Origin: Octopus vulgaris
Lineage: Eukaryota
Assembly: GCA_951406725.2 (NCBI GenBank)
Contig: OX597831.1
Location: 71,920,001 to 71,984,000 of the forward strand
Direction: 5' to 3'
DNA: 64,000 nt
Under the pieces are notes generated by a model. It had not been told where the DNA came from. It worked only from the letters and a program-made list of their open reading frames with translations, and did no database searches. Within the stretch, counting starts at the first letter, position 1; every line of letters starts with the position of its first letter. The position numbers and the translations under genes were made by a program. This document shows, in pieces, positions 1 through 11,813 of this stretch.

Positions 1-377
1 CCCATTATGAAGAAAGATTTTAATGTCGCTCCTTTATCCCAGCTGCTGATCTTAGCGCTCAGATAAGACATCATGCTGTCAGTTATCTACATTGGTAAAC
101 ATGTAAACATTGCCGGGAGCATTTCAGCGCTATGGCTTCCTTAAAAGCTTTATTTATCAGATAAGAGATAAAGGTCTCGTTATTGGATAATAGAGGGGTT
201 CAGTGGCCAATAAAAAACACTTTGGGAGATTAGATACGATGGGTTTTGTTGTATGTTGCTTGATGTTTTGCGGGTTTTGGGGTTTCTTTTTGTTTTGCAT
301 TTTGTGACTTTTTCGTTTCATTTTACATCTTTTTGCTGTAGTATATTAGCTAAATTTCATTTCTAGTTTTCGCTTTG

Positions 378-704
378 ATACATGCATACATACATACATA
401 CATACATACATGCATACATACATACATACATACATACATGCATGCATACATACATACATACATACATACATACATACATGCATACATACATACATACATG
501 CATATGGATACATATACATTAACACGCTCACAGATATATATGTATATATGTGGCTATATATGGGTGTATATATACACATGAGTATAAGTTTATATACACA
601 CATATATATACAAACACTTATATACATATATACATACATACAAGCATGCATACATACATATACATATATATACATATGCACACACACACACACACACACA
701 CACA
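378..704. repeat. Compound (TACA)n/(TA)n/(CA)n microsatellite
   Basis: Direct reading; accounts for the HTYI/MYVC pseudo-ORFs. Representative of dozens of similar tracts in the window. Confidence 0.95.
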
Positions 705-1134
705 TAGAAAACGATGATTGCTTAATTGAATAGCTGTCACTTTATAAGGAAATAATGTTTTTCAGGAAAAGCATTCTCCAAATTCTTTTCTTGATACTTT
801 GTTTTTTCTTTTCTTCATTTTCCTTTTCCTTTAATTTCCCTTTTTGTAAAATAATTCATGTTTAGTTCCTTTATCTCCGAGAGCAGAGGCGGTGGCGACA
901 GTGGTGTTGATAGTGGAGGTTATAGCGGTTGAAGTCAGGCCGAGAAGAAAGTAATACACATATTGTTTAGTTACTATACAATGAAATGCTTATGTAACAA
1001 TACTCCCGTGAAAGTTTGTATTGTTTAACTATGAGATTTTTGAGAACAATTTAATTGTCATCTAACATTTGACCTCTTGAGAAGTAAACTGAGTTCATTT
1101 CGGTATGAATCAGTATCTAATATTAAAGATGCTT

Positions 1135-1800
1135 ATGCTGTGACAGAATCGTTAGATCATCGAACAAAAACTGCTTTACGATGTTATGTTTCTGCTTTTT
1201 AACGAACGTTCTAAGTTCAAATCTCGCCGGAGCTAGCTTCTACAATTATTATTCTGGGCAGTGCCACCTTAAGTTTATGGGCACGCTGGGCAGTTATCTG
1301 GGGGCCGCACGGGTCTGGGAGCCAATTGTGATTTATATATGCTGTGGTATACTGTCAATGAATAAATACTATAGGCCTAAGTACATTTATTTGTCCGGGG
1401 CCTCACGGATCCATATATGCTGTGGTTTACTGTCAATAAATATATATTATAGGCCTCAGTACATTGATTTACCCAGGGACCTCACAAGTGTAGGGACCCA
1501 ATTATGATCTATGCATATTGTGATTTATTGTCAATAAATACTATAAGCCTCAATGCATTAATTTATCTGGGAACCTGACGGATCTAAGAAACAAATTATG
1601 ATCTCTATATGCTGCGGCTTACTGTCAATAAATAAATATTATTGGCGTTAGTGCATTGATTTGTCCGGAAGCCTATATGCTACTGTGATGGCCCTGATTC
1701 GAGAGTCAATAAACTGACACAGCAGCAGTCTGCTGGACTGGATAAAATTGAATGTTCTCTTCTCGTCCTTAGAATTTAGTGCTTGTACTTATGAAAGAAA
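1135..1800 (+). mobile_element. Decayed SINE (family 2) split by a MITE insertion
   Basis: Head (gacagaatcgttag...acgttctaagttcaaatctcgccg) at ~1135-1250 and tail (ttcgagagtcaataaa...) from 1697 resemble the best copy at 18090-18325. Confidence 0.55.
1259..1696. mobile_element. hAT-like non-autonomous element with internal ~80-98 bp tandem repeats
   Basis: Termini CAGTGCCACC and GATGGCCCTG (revcomp CAGGGCCATC); flanks ATTCTGGG/ATTCGAGA look like a decayed 8-bp TSD; internal anchor TGTCAAT recurs at ~1353, 1431, 1529, 1623. Confidence 0.55.
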
Positions 1801-1941
1801 TCAGTTTTAAATATTCTATTGTTTAGTGGCCACTCACGAGTGAGTGTGGCTTGGTTTGGAGATTGCACTCTGACTTTTACAAGTTGTTTTCTCTCTTTCT
1901 CTCTCTCTCTCACACACACACACACACTCTCTCTGTATCTC

Positions 1942-1982
<41 letters not shown>

Positions 1983-1985
<3 letters not shown>

Positions 1986-2408
1986 CGCAGGAGTGCTTTG
2001 GGGGAAGTTGCTTGCTTACAACTACATGGTTCCAGATTCAGTCTCACTGCGTGCAACCTTGGGCAAGTATCTTCTATATAACTTCGGGCCGACCAAAGCC
2101 TTGTGAGTGTATTTGGTAGACGGAAACTGAAAGAAGCCCATCGCATATATATGTGTGTGTGTGTGTGTGTGTATGTGTGTGTACATGTATGTCTGTGTGT
2201 GTTTGTGCGTCTGTGTTTGTCCCCCCCCCCGCCAACAACCGATGCTGGTGTGTTTACGTCTCCGTAACTTAGCGGTTCGGCAAAAGAGACCGATAGAATA
2301 AGTACTAGGCTTACAAAGAATAAGTCCTGGGGCAAGCGTCTTCTGCTATGGCCTCGGGCCGACCATAGCCTTGTAAGTGGATATGGTAGACGGAAACTGA
2401 AAGAAGAC
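1983..2408 (+). mobile_element. tRNA-derived SINE family 1 (head, core, internal microsatellite, tail) plus a partial second core
   Basis: Matches 8340-8793 and 9594-10008 (ccttgggcaagt...ggccgaccaaagccttgtgagtg...gacggaaactgaaagaag); core repeated at ~2329-2408. Confidence 0.9.
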
Positions 2409-2410
2409 AC

Positions 2411-2611
2411 CTCTGTCCGACATTCGCCATGATAAATCGCTAGCCACTAAACCTTTTCTATTTTCTATCCCTGTTTATTTCTGTGTCCCTTTCTGTGGAA
2501 GAGCGTAGGCTTGAAACGTAAAATACTTTCTCACTTGCCGAGCATTAAACTAATACATCTGTTTGTTGTTTATACACCCGTCTTCGTCTTTTTTTTTGTA
2601 AATTCGCACTA

Positions 2612-2612
<1 letters not shown>
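2411..2612 (+). mobile_element. Short PLE-derived element (family H1) carrying an HHR-like motif, running into (TACA)n/(TA)n
   Basis: Homologous to 61093-61302, 17026-17212 (-) and 23908-24135 (-). Confidence 0.75.
2489..2524 (+). ncRNA. Minimal type I hammerhead-like motif, A6U variant
   Basis: CTTT-CTGTGGA-A-GAGC(GTAG)GCTT-GAA-ACGT-A-AAAT. Confidence 0.55.
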
Positions 2613-2686
<74 letters not shown>

Positions 2687-2689
2687 ATA

Positions 2690-2910
2690 TATAGGTACAG
2701 GACGTTACCAATGGTGCAAACCATATGGAATACGTAAACAAACGGGTAAATATGTAAACAACGAGAAAATATGGAAAAGAGGGCAAGTAAACACAGAGAA
2801 ACCCTTCGTCGGTTGTCTGCTGTCTACCTACTGCTCGTTTCGAGCATTCAACGACAATGCTCGAAATGAAGAATAAATAGACAGCAGACAACTGATGAAG
2901 GGTCCTTAAA
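2690..2910 (-). mobile_element. TA-flanked PLE-like end containing a 103-nt fold-back
   Basis: Inverted arms 2801-2826/2878-2903 (24/26) and 2838-2848/2856-2866 (11/11); contains CTGATGA and GAAA motifs; T-rich minus-strand tail ends at (TA)n. Confidence 0.5.
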
Positions 2911-3221
2911 CAGTAGCAGCATGATAAAGTGATGGTTTGTTGCCAATTCAATGTGACAGTCCGAGGAATGAGAAGAATGCTACTGCAACTGTTTAAGTCT
3001 CTCTGAGAGATTTAGAAATGCAATATTTCTAATTTTGTTGATCAGTGAATTTATTTCACTTGAAATGCTATAAGTTTTCAAAGGTGAATAAGCATCGACA
3101 GCTAGCAAGTCAAGCTACTCCAGACTGATGCAGAGAAATGACGATAATTCCTGGGGTTAAATAGTAGTAGCAATTCCTCTCTTTCCTGGGATTGCCACAT
3201 TAAGTTGGCAACATACATACA

Positions 3222-3284
<63 letters not shown>

Positions 3285-3522
3285 TATACACATTCGCGCG
3301 CGTCTGTGTGTGTGTGTATCAAAACAGGAGATTGGAAAAAAAACTTGTTAGTATTATTTATTCATCATAATTATGTTTCACTTGTTAGCAAGAGTTAAAA
3401 AATTATACATGTAGGAAAAAACATGTAAGATATCTCCTACTAGAAATTCTCCATATAGAGTATCAAAGATTATAACTCAGTCTACATGCTATGTGTGTGT
3501 GTGTGTGTATGTGCATGTGTGT

Positions 3523-3558
<36 letters not shown>

Positions 3559-3774
3559 TGGGTTTGATTATATTTGTAATTGTCTTACCACCACCACCAC
3601 ATGACAACCGGTGTTGCTTTGCTTGCGTCCGCGTAACCTTTATTTTACTGTCTCTGATTTACCCTCTTTATTACCGATTTCATAATTGGCACAAAGCTAC
3701 ATGTTTTAGCCAAAGTACATCCTCAAAATATCGACTCCATTACTTTATTTTAACCCCCACTCTTTTTTTTTGCA

Positions 3775-4150
3775 TTTTGTATTGCGGCCAAAATGAGGCA
3801 TGCTGAGGCACCGCCTTGAAGGGTTTAGCCGAACAAATCAATACCAGAAGTTATTTTTTGTAAAGTCAAGTACTTATCCTATCGAATTCTTTTGACGAAC
3901 TACTAAGTTACGAGAACGTAAACAATCCAATATGTGTTGTCAAGTGTTGGTAAGGAAGAACAACACTTACATACACACACGCACACATACACATTCACAA
4001 ACATACATGCATACACACACACACACACACATGACAGGCCTCATGCAGTTTCCGTCTATCAAATTCACTCACAAGGCATTGAGGTTATAGTTCAAGACAT
4101 TTGCCCTGGATGCTGCAGACTTCTTAACTATACAGCTATGCCTGCACCTG
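3775..4150 (-). mobile_element. Degenerate SINE family 1 copy
   Basis: Reverse-complement similarity to tail (gcaccgccttgaaggg) and core (cagtttccgtctatcaaattcactcacaaggc). Confidence 0.7.
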
Positions 4151-4789
4151 GAATGATAAACGATGATATAAACCTCGGTGGAATTTAAACACAGAACGTG
4201 AAAGGAAACGGTTACATAATTCCCTTCTTGCCCCATCAGATTGGTGAACGACTCCCTCGGGACATCTATTACGAATTCTACACGCTTATCATGACATGAA
4301 AAATGCTTGCGGAAAAATACAAACGTGGTCTCTCGTTACATCGCTACGAGTATTGTATACAAGACAACATCGTGTCGGCTATAGTAAAGTCTGAAAGAGT
4401 GAGAAAGAGAGGGAACAAAAGGAAAGAAGAATCGAGTTTTTTTCCTGAAAAGATATCATTCCTTATCAAGTGACAGCGATTCAATTAAACAATTTCATTC
4501 GCCCATTTGTTTAATTCACCTTATATGAATTAATGTTGAACCCAACGGTTGTGCGGATGTGTTTTTTATATTTGTGTGTGTGTGTGAGTGTGTGTATATA
4601 TACGTATCTGTGTCTATGTGTGTGCGTGTGTGTGTGTGTGTAGAGGATTAGTTAGATACAGTGTAAGGCGACTGTTGTTATCGTATATTTATCGTATATA
4701 TGTATGTATATATATGCGTGTGTGTGTGTATGAGCGAATATATATATATATATATATATATATACGCAGATATCTGTAGAAAATTACGA

Positions 4790-6635
4790 CTTGCTGTAGA
4801 AAATTCTGTAGAATCGTTAATCCGAAATAGAAGTAACTACACCCCTTCAATAGGTAAGAACAAAACTCTTGACCATTTCAGTGAATACGTCTCGAATTAC
4901 CCATATCAATATATGCATAAACAAAAACACAAGCCAACTTCGTCAAAAAAGAATGGGCTGAGCTGAACAAATTAAAAGATGATAAAACAATAACAAAGAG
5001 GCTTATAAATGGAGTACAGTTGTCTTAATGGACGCGGTACTATCAATATTAGAAGACACAACATATTATGAAAAGGTCCAACACTGCAGTCAGCAGAAAA
5101 TAACGAGAAACCTAAAATCCATGCTAAACCTATACAGAGAAGAACTCACTGAGAAGGAATACGATTATATGACCAACTTCGAAAGTAAATCCAATAAATT
5201 CTACGGTATTCCTAAGATACACAAAAGTGAGAAAATCAGTGACGCATGCAGGATAGCCACAGACAAAATAATCATGGTCCTTACTCCTAATGACCTCAAA
5301 TTGAGACCTATAATAGCAGGTCTCGCATGCGAAACCCACCGTCTCAGTAACTTTTTAGATACCCCTTAAAGCTATTCCTCAAGCATATCAAAAGCTACAT
5401 AAGGGACGACCTGGATATACTCAATTACCTCCTTAAAACAATAAATAAAAACACCCTTCTAGTATCTTTCTATGTAGTCAACCTCTATTCCAATACCCCC
5501 CACAGCCTCAGAATAGAGGCAATTCAATTCTGGCTAGAGAATTTTGGCAATGAACTCCCACATCGCATGAAAAAGAATTCGTAATAGAAGGGCTAAAATT
5601 GGAGAATAACTACTTTGTCTTCAAAGACTTCTATCGACAAATTCGGGGACTGCGATGGGTACGAGAATGGCCCCTGCCTTTGCTAACCTAGTTATAGGAT
5701 ATCTAGAAATCAGTCTTCATCGTAAGGTACTAGAAAAATACAGCAATCCATTCTTCCTCTACATAAAAAAACAACTGGAAGAAATATCTAGATGACTGTT
5801 TCATTCATTGGCATGAAAGTATAGAGAGACTTAAAGAATTTCAAGCATTCATAAATGGACTTGACGTAAACATTCAATTCACGGTGGAATATAGCCATCA
5901 ACAACTTCCTTTCCTCGACAACCATAAGCCCTATCATACATCTCCACGCACAACCCTCTTAACAATGAAGCCTTCGACACCATCCTCCAAAACATTCCCC
6001 GACTAAAAAGGGACCACAGAATGAATTTAATCCTCCAAACGCACACCGTCATAAAGAGCAAAAGACAGCCCAAATCTATGAAAAGTCTCCTAACACAAGT
6101 CCGAATAGGCTCGACAACAACACTGAAGCCGTCACTAGAAAAATGCGGAAGGCCTAACTGTATATACGTCAACCTAATTGAGGGATCAGAGTTCTCATTC
6201 TAACAGGGTCAATGTTTTACAATGAAAGCAACTTCACATGTGCTTTGGAGAACCTGATATATGTATTAACTTCTTCTGGGTGTCTAGAGCAATAAATAGG
6301 CCAAACAAAAACAGTCTACATCATAGGATGGCTCTACATAGATCCCAGATCAAAATTCGGAAATACAGAAAAATAGCATCAGCGAACACATCGACATTTG
6401 CGCCGATAACAATCAACTCAGCTTCAGAATTTTTCCCCTCTGTATATTCAGGGACGATGCAGCCTGTAGTCAGCGCATTAGTAAAGAGTTATATTTTATC
6501 ACCAAATATAAACCGCTTTTGAATTGTTTTTCATGCTTTACTCTAAGTTGAAAATGTCGCAATGCCTGGAACCGGCACTAAAATGTTCTTCATGATAAAA
6601 TTATTTTACCATTTTCTACCTTGTCTTATTTTCCT

Positions 6636-6640
<5 letters not shown>
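4790..6640 (+). pseudogene. Decayed Penelope-like retroelement, family A (RT + GIY-YIG)
   Basis: FYGIPKIHK and LRPII (ORF 5028-5369), VVNLYSNTPH ~5474, GTAMGTRMAPAFANL ~5647, KYLDD ~5783, KCGRPNC linker ~6140, NLIYVL GIY-YIG start ~6251; many frameshifts and stops; ends at (TA)n. Confidence 0.9.
6545..6590 (+). ncRNA. Decayed HHR motif at the 3' end of PLE family A
   Basis: AAG-TTGAAAA-[helix II including TGCC/GGCA]-TAAAATGT-T-CTT; helix I AAG/CTT; the GAAACGT segment is mutated in a way consistent with CpG decay. Confidence 0.4.
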
Positions 6641-6704
<64 letters not shown>

Positions 6705-6756
6705 ATGTGTGTGTGTGGATGTGTGTCTGTGTATGCGATATTTCATATATATATAT

Positions 6757-7200
6757 TTGTTTCAGTCATTAGACCGCAGCCATGCTGGGGCACTGCCTTG
6801 AGGTTTTAGTTGAATGAACCGACCCGCCTTGTACTTATTCTATCGGTGTCTTTTGCCGAACCGCTAGGTGGAGACATATACAGACACAGAGGCATACACA
6901 CATGGATATATATATGCCAATAGATATATACGACGGTTTACTTTCAGTTTCCATCTACCATGTCCACTTACAAGGCTTTGGTCGACTGATATGTCTCGCA
7001 TTATGACGACGTATGAGTGGCCCGTACGGCGTACCTCAGGGACTGACACTGCTTGCTGTGTCTACTCACTATTCATCAGTAATGGAACAACCCGCTTCTC
7101 ACTTGGGGCTGTCCGCTACAACATCGATATGAGGCTATAGTAGAAGACACTTGCCTAAGATGCCATGCAGTGTGACTGAACCTGGAACCATGTGGTTGTG
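6757..7200 (-). mobile_element. SINE family 1 copy with a ~135-bp insertion
   Basis: Tail 6757-6865, core 6930-6988 and 7130-7200 are reverse complements of family 1. Confidence 0.85.
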
Positions 7201-7204
7201 GGGC

Positions 7205-7685
7205 TGCCATACAGTTTCCGCCTATCGAAGTAACTGACTAGGTATTGGTCGGCCGTACGCTATGTTGTTTGTTTCTTCTTGAGCCATGCCTGGCTCATAA
7301 GGGCCGGTTTCTCGGTTTCCTTGGCGTATAGGTTCCCCACCTGGACGGGACGCCGGTCCGTCGTAGGTGAGCTACAAGATGCAGGAGGAAAGAGTGAGAG
7401 AAAGTTGTGGCGAAAGAGTCAGCAGAGGTTCGCCATCACTTTCTGCCGGAGCTGCGTGGAGCTTAGGTGTTTGGCTCATAAACACACACATCGCCCGGTC
7501 TGAGATTGGAACCCGCGATCCCTCGACCACGAGTCCGCTGCTCTAACCACCAGGCCATGTGCCTCCACGGCCGTAGGCTAACCTAGAATGCATTTTCCCA
7601 AGGTGTTGCACAGTGGGATTGAACCAGATACCAATTAGGTTGCGAAGCGAACTTTTTAAACACACAGCTATGCCCGCGCCTATGT
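7205..7685 (-). mobile_element. Older SINE family 1 head/core interrupted by a family 3 SINE
   Basis: Core remnant 7210-7260 continues at 7568-7685 (caaggtgttgcacagtgggattgaacc...cccgcgcctat). Confidence 0.6.
7262..7568 (-). mobile_element. tRNA-derived SINE family 3 with a V-SINE-like tail
   Basis: Minus strand begins GTGGAGGCACATGGCCTGGTGGTTAGAGCAGCGGACTCG...GGTTCCAATC (A and B boxes); tail cctacgacggaccggcgtcccgtccagg...ggaaaccg. Confidence 0.8.
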
Positions 7686-7909
7686 CCTTTCTTTCTTTTT
7701 ATATTACGGTAGTGTGCGACTTGAGAGATTTGACTTCTATTTCCTACAGATCGAGCGACCACGAAGAGGTTCCCTCGTGCGCTTGCATAAATACCGTAAC
7801 GCACTATGGCAGTTCTAATCGACGACGCTCCCTTCCTACACATCCGTGGCCCTATTCCTGAGTTAGAAATCAATAACAAGCATTTCTCGACATACGACTT
7901 ACTCAACTA

Positions 7910-8067
7910 ACGACCACCCACAGCTGATACCGTTTATATTCCCTCGCGCGCGCGCACGCACAATTTCTCTTGGCATTCCGCAATCACAGAGCAGCGTCTT
8001 ACGATCACCCGCAGCTAAGAGGATTTATATATTCCCGCAATCGCACGCGCTATTTCTCTTGGCATTC
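7910..8067. repeat. Diverged ~90-bp-period tandem duplication
   Basis: acgaycacccrcagct...tatattccc...atttctcttggcattc occurs at 7911-7978 and 8001-8067. Confidence 0.7.
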
Positions 8068-8150
8068 ATCGTGATTCAACATTCAAAATCAAATGTTTCT
8101 TGCGTGCGCGGTCATGCGTATCTGTGAAAAGCATCATCATCATCATCATT

Positions 8151-8186
<36 letters not shown>

Positions 8187-8339
8187 GTCACTGTCATCGT
8201 GCTTTCTCCCCAAACCGTTTCTACATCAACAGTCATAACGCAACAACGCTACCACCCGTCAAAGCAGTGTTTTTTAAGATGATGTGTGACAATGTTTTCG
8301 CGATTCTAAGTTAATGTTATATACATATATATACATTAT

Positions 8340-8541
8340 AGGCTCAGGAGTGGCTGTGTGGTAAGTAGCTTGCTTACCAACCACATGGTTCCGGGTTCAG
8401 TCCCACTGCGTGGCACCTTGGGCAAGTGTCTTCTACTATAGCCTCGGGCCGACCAAAGCCTTGTGAGTGGATTTGGTAGACGGAAACTGAAAGAAGCCCG
8501 TCGATTATATATATATATATATATATATTAAAAGCCCGTCG

Positions 8542-8577
<36 letters not shown>

Positions 8578-8793
8578 GTGGGGGGGGGTTGTGTGTCTGT
8601 GTTTGTCCCCCTAGCATTGCTTGACAACCGAGGCTGCTGTGTTTATGTCCTCGTAACTTAGCGGTTCAGCAAAGGAGACCGATAGAATAAGTACTGGGCT
8701 TACAGAGAATAAGTCCCGGGGTCGATTTGCTCGATTAAAGGTGGTGCTCCAGCACAGCCACAGTCAAATGACTGAAACAAGTAAAAGAGTAAA
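8340..8793 (+). mobile_element. SINE family 1, near-intact copy
   Basis: A box TGGCTGTGTGGT, B box GGTTCAGTCCC, core, internal (TA)n, tail ending gactgaaacaagtaaaagag. Confidence 0.95.
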
Positions 8794-8957
8794 CACACAT
8801 ACACACACATATATATATATATGCAAAAATATGCAGAAAAAATGACAGGTGAAAGGACAGCAAATAGGTACTGTTGTGTAGTAAGAAGCTTGCTTTCCAG
8901 TCACATGGTTTGGGGTTAAATCCCCGGTTGGATTAAATACGTATATATGTATGTATG

Positions 8958-9021
<64 letters not shown>

Positions 9022-9161
9022 AATGGATATATGTATGTGTGTGTATATATATATATACACACACATGCTTATATTCACATAAATATATATTTATATTTGT
9101 ATTTATATGTATATATACATACGTGTGTGCATGCATGTATGTATGTAAACAAATGTATATA

Positions 9162-9197
<36 letters not shown>

Positions 9198-9199
9198 TG

Positions 9200-9254
<55 letters not shown>

Positions 9255-9593
9255 ATATATTCAAATATGAATCAGAAGCAGCTTGAGGTATACAAACAAA
9301 ATCGAACGCACATACACAAGATGTGTGAGTTTTTAAGTTCATAGTTTGGCAGCGTTTTAGACGTAAGAGACAATATTCTCAATGCGCCTGGTGTTAAAAC
9401 ACCTGAAAATAAGTCATAGGCAAGCGTGACAATTCACATCATGTATCTTCCTGGAGCGACTTCGATGTTTCATTACTTTCAATGCCGCGTACAGAACAAA
9501 GCCCGTTGTAATCTGTCAGAGACCATGACAATATGCTAAATGGACCAAGAACCATCTGCTGGCATGACCCGACTTTTTATGCCAGGGAAATTT

Positions 9594-10008
9594 TCAGGAG
9601 TGGCTGTGTGGTAAGTAGCTTGCTTACCAACCACATGGTTCTGGGTTCAGTCCCACTGCGTGGCACCTTGGGCAAGTGTCTTCTACTATAGCCTCGGGCC
9701 GACCAAAGCCTTGTGAGTGGATCTGGTAGACGGAAACTGAAAGAAGCCCGTCGTATATATGTATATATATATATATGTATATGTATATGTTTGTTAGTCT
9801 GTGTTTGTCCCCCTAGCATTGCTTGACAACCGATGCTGGTGTGTTTACGTCCCCGTCACTTAGCAGTTTGGCAAAAGAGATCGATAGAATAAGTACTAAG
9901 CTTACAAAGAATAAGTCCTGGGGTCGATTTGCTCGACTAAAAAGGTGGTGCTCCAGCATGGCCGCAATCAAATGACTGAAACAAGTAAAAGAGTAAAAGA
10001 GAGAGTAA
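9594..10008 (+). mobile_element. SINE family 1, near-intact copy
   Basis: Near-identical to 8340-8793 outside the internal microsatellite. Confidence 0.95.
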
Positions 10009-10299
10009 ACATGAATAACAAACATCTCGGGCATATAAACAAAATCGAACACAAATATACAAGGTGTGTGTGTGTGTGTGTGTTGTTAGTTCGTGGGTAG
10101 GCTGCGTTTTAGGGCATTTTTAACGCCAAGGGTATTGAGAATATATTCTCCTACGACTAAAATGCAGCCGAGTTACGAACTTTCTACCCCTCTATTTGCA
10201 CCCCACTTTCCCTTTTTTCACACATTCAATATACATCCGAATACAAAATCGTACATACATGACATCGCATTTCAAACATATATAACCGCAGCACACGTG

Positions 10300-10510
10300 T
10301 CTAATTTGGGCACAAGGTCATGGTTTTTCAAGGGATGGGATTCGTGAATATCATCAACAACAGTTCTTCACGGGTACATTATCATATCAACCCCGCAAGA
10401 ATAAAAGATAAAGCTGACCTCGCCTGGATTCGAACTAAAAATATGCAGACCAGGATTACATACTTCAAAGGATACTTTTACCGACGCCCTAACGCTTGTG
10501 CCAACCCACC
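10300..10510 (-). mobile_element. Decayed SINE family 2
   Basis: tttgggcacaagg...gctgacctcgcctggattcgaact...ctaacgcttgtgccaacccacc resembles the reverse complement of 18090-18325. Confidence 0.55.
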
Positions 10511-10549
10511 ACTCGGAACGGACACTTCATTTCAAATTGGATATATGCT

Positions 10550-10552
10550 CAC

Positions 10553-10603
<51 letters not shown>

Positions 10604-11090
10604 TACATACACAAACGCACACATACACCACACACACACACACACACACACAGACATACACGCACGCACGACGACACATACAAACAGACACTACCACCAC
10701 CACAATCAACACCATCGCCGCTGCTGACGCCGTCACCACTTTCTCTGCTACCACCACCGCCTCCTTGACCACTATCGCCACGGCCCTCACATACTCACAC
10801 GTATACACTCACTTACACACTCACACTCACTTACACACTCGCACTCACTTCGCACACACATACACGCACGCACACCAGTCACACACCCGAAACCACCACT
10901 CCCACCACGACTATCACGACTACCACCGCTGCTGTCGCCGCCACCACCTTCTCAGCCACCACCACCACCGCCGCCTTGACCACCATCGCCACGACTCTCT
11001 CATACACACACACACACCTCGCCCAGCCATACACGCACTTACACCACTCGCACACCGTAACCACCACTACCACTACTACCACACGATACT
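10550..11090. repeat. (CA)n/(CAC)n low-complexity tract with a ~210-bp-period duplication
   Basis: ccgctgctg...cttgaccacyatcgccacg occurs at ~10718-10782 and ~10926-10993. Confidence 0.7.
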
Positions 11091-11584
11091 ACAGTGAAAA
11101 AAATGTAAAATCTAAAAATAAGCGATTTCAGAGTTCAAACTAAATTCACGGACATTCCGCAAGAATATCGCTGTAATACTTGGCTGAGCAGCGAAAAGCT
11201 AAGGCATCCATGAGAGACGAATGGATACATCCAATGCATTCGTCTGATTAAACAATTTCACTATTTTCGCTCTTCATCACGTTCCCCCGAATCTGTTCTC
11301 CCATAACATAGCAACAAAAAAAAAAGTGGGGTCAGAAGAGATCACCGTCTCACCATCAGCCAGAACATGTATGCCAGTCCTGCTGAGCCCGGGCATCGCT
11401 TTTGTATGGGAGGAAGATTCGCTTCAAACATTTGCTGACAAATATAGTATCGTGGTTGACTTTTAGCTGAGGGGAACGGGACCAACGCTAACCGAACGGC
11501 GACTCTGCTCTTCTAATTATGCTTTTTCCACGGCTCATTTCCCCAACGTTCCACCTTGCTTGACAATCTCTCTCTCTCTCTCTT

Positions 11585-11639
<55 letters not shown>

Positions 11640-11757
11640 CTGTCTATCTATCTATCTCACTCGCTCTTTTGTCTCTTTGTGTATGTGTTTTTTGTATATA
11701 TATATATATATATATGTATAAGGCCCCAAAAGAAAATGACTCTCCCCAGACACAACA

Positions 11758-11813
<56 letters not shown>

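Noticed and set aside
150-192. TTAT-CAGATAA-GAGA(TAAAGG)TCTC-GTTATTGG-ATAA HHR-like geometry
   Set aside because: Too many core mismatches (no CUGANGA, no GAAA); indistinguishable from a chance hairpin.
1290-1680. CRISPR-like repeat-spacer array
   Set aside because: Units are homologous along their whole length with no unique spacers; eukaryotic context with no cas genes.
8341-8415. tRNA gene
   Set aside because: The A/B-box head continues into a multi-copy SINE core and does not form a complete cloverleaf; the same applies to family 3 heads.
8735-8790. GAAAC-AA-GTA in the SINE family 1 tail as an HHR half
   Set aside because: No CUGANGA partner; the segment belongs to the CAGTCA/TGACTG terminal hairpin typical of LINE-derived tails.
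9262-10150. Weak duplication aaacaaaatcgaacrca.ata.acaag.tgtgtg at ~9294 and ~10038
   Set aside because: Real but short and diverged; looks like an ordinary old tandem duplication split by a SINE.
11120-11540. Possible Tc1/mariner DDE remnants
   Set aside because: Motif resemblance is weak and appears on conflicting strands; not supportable without an alignment.
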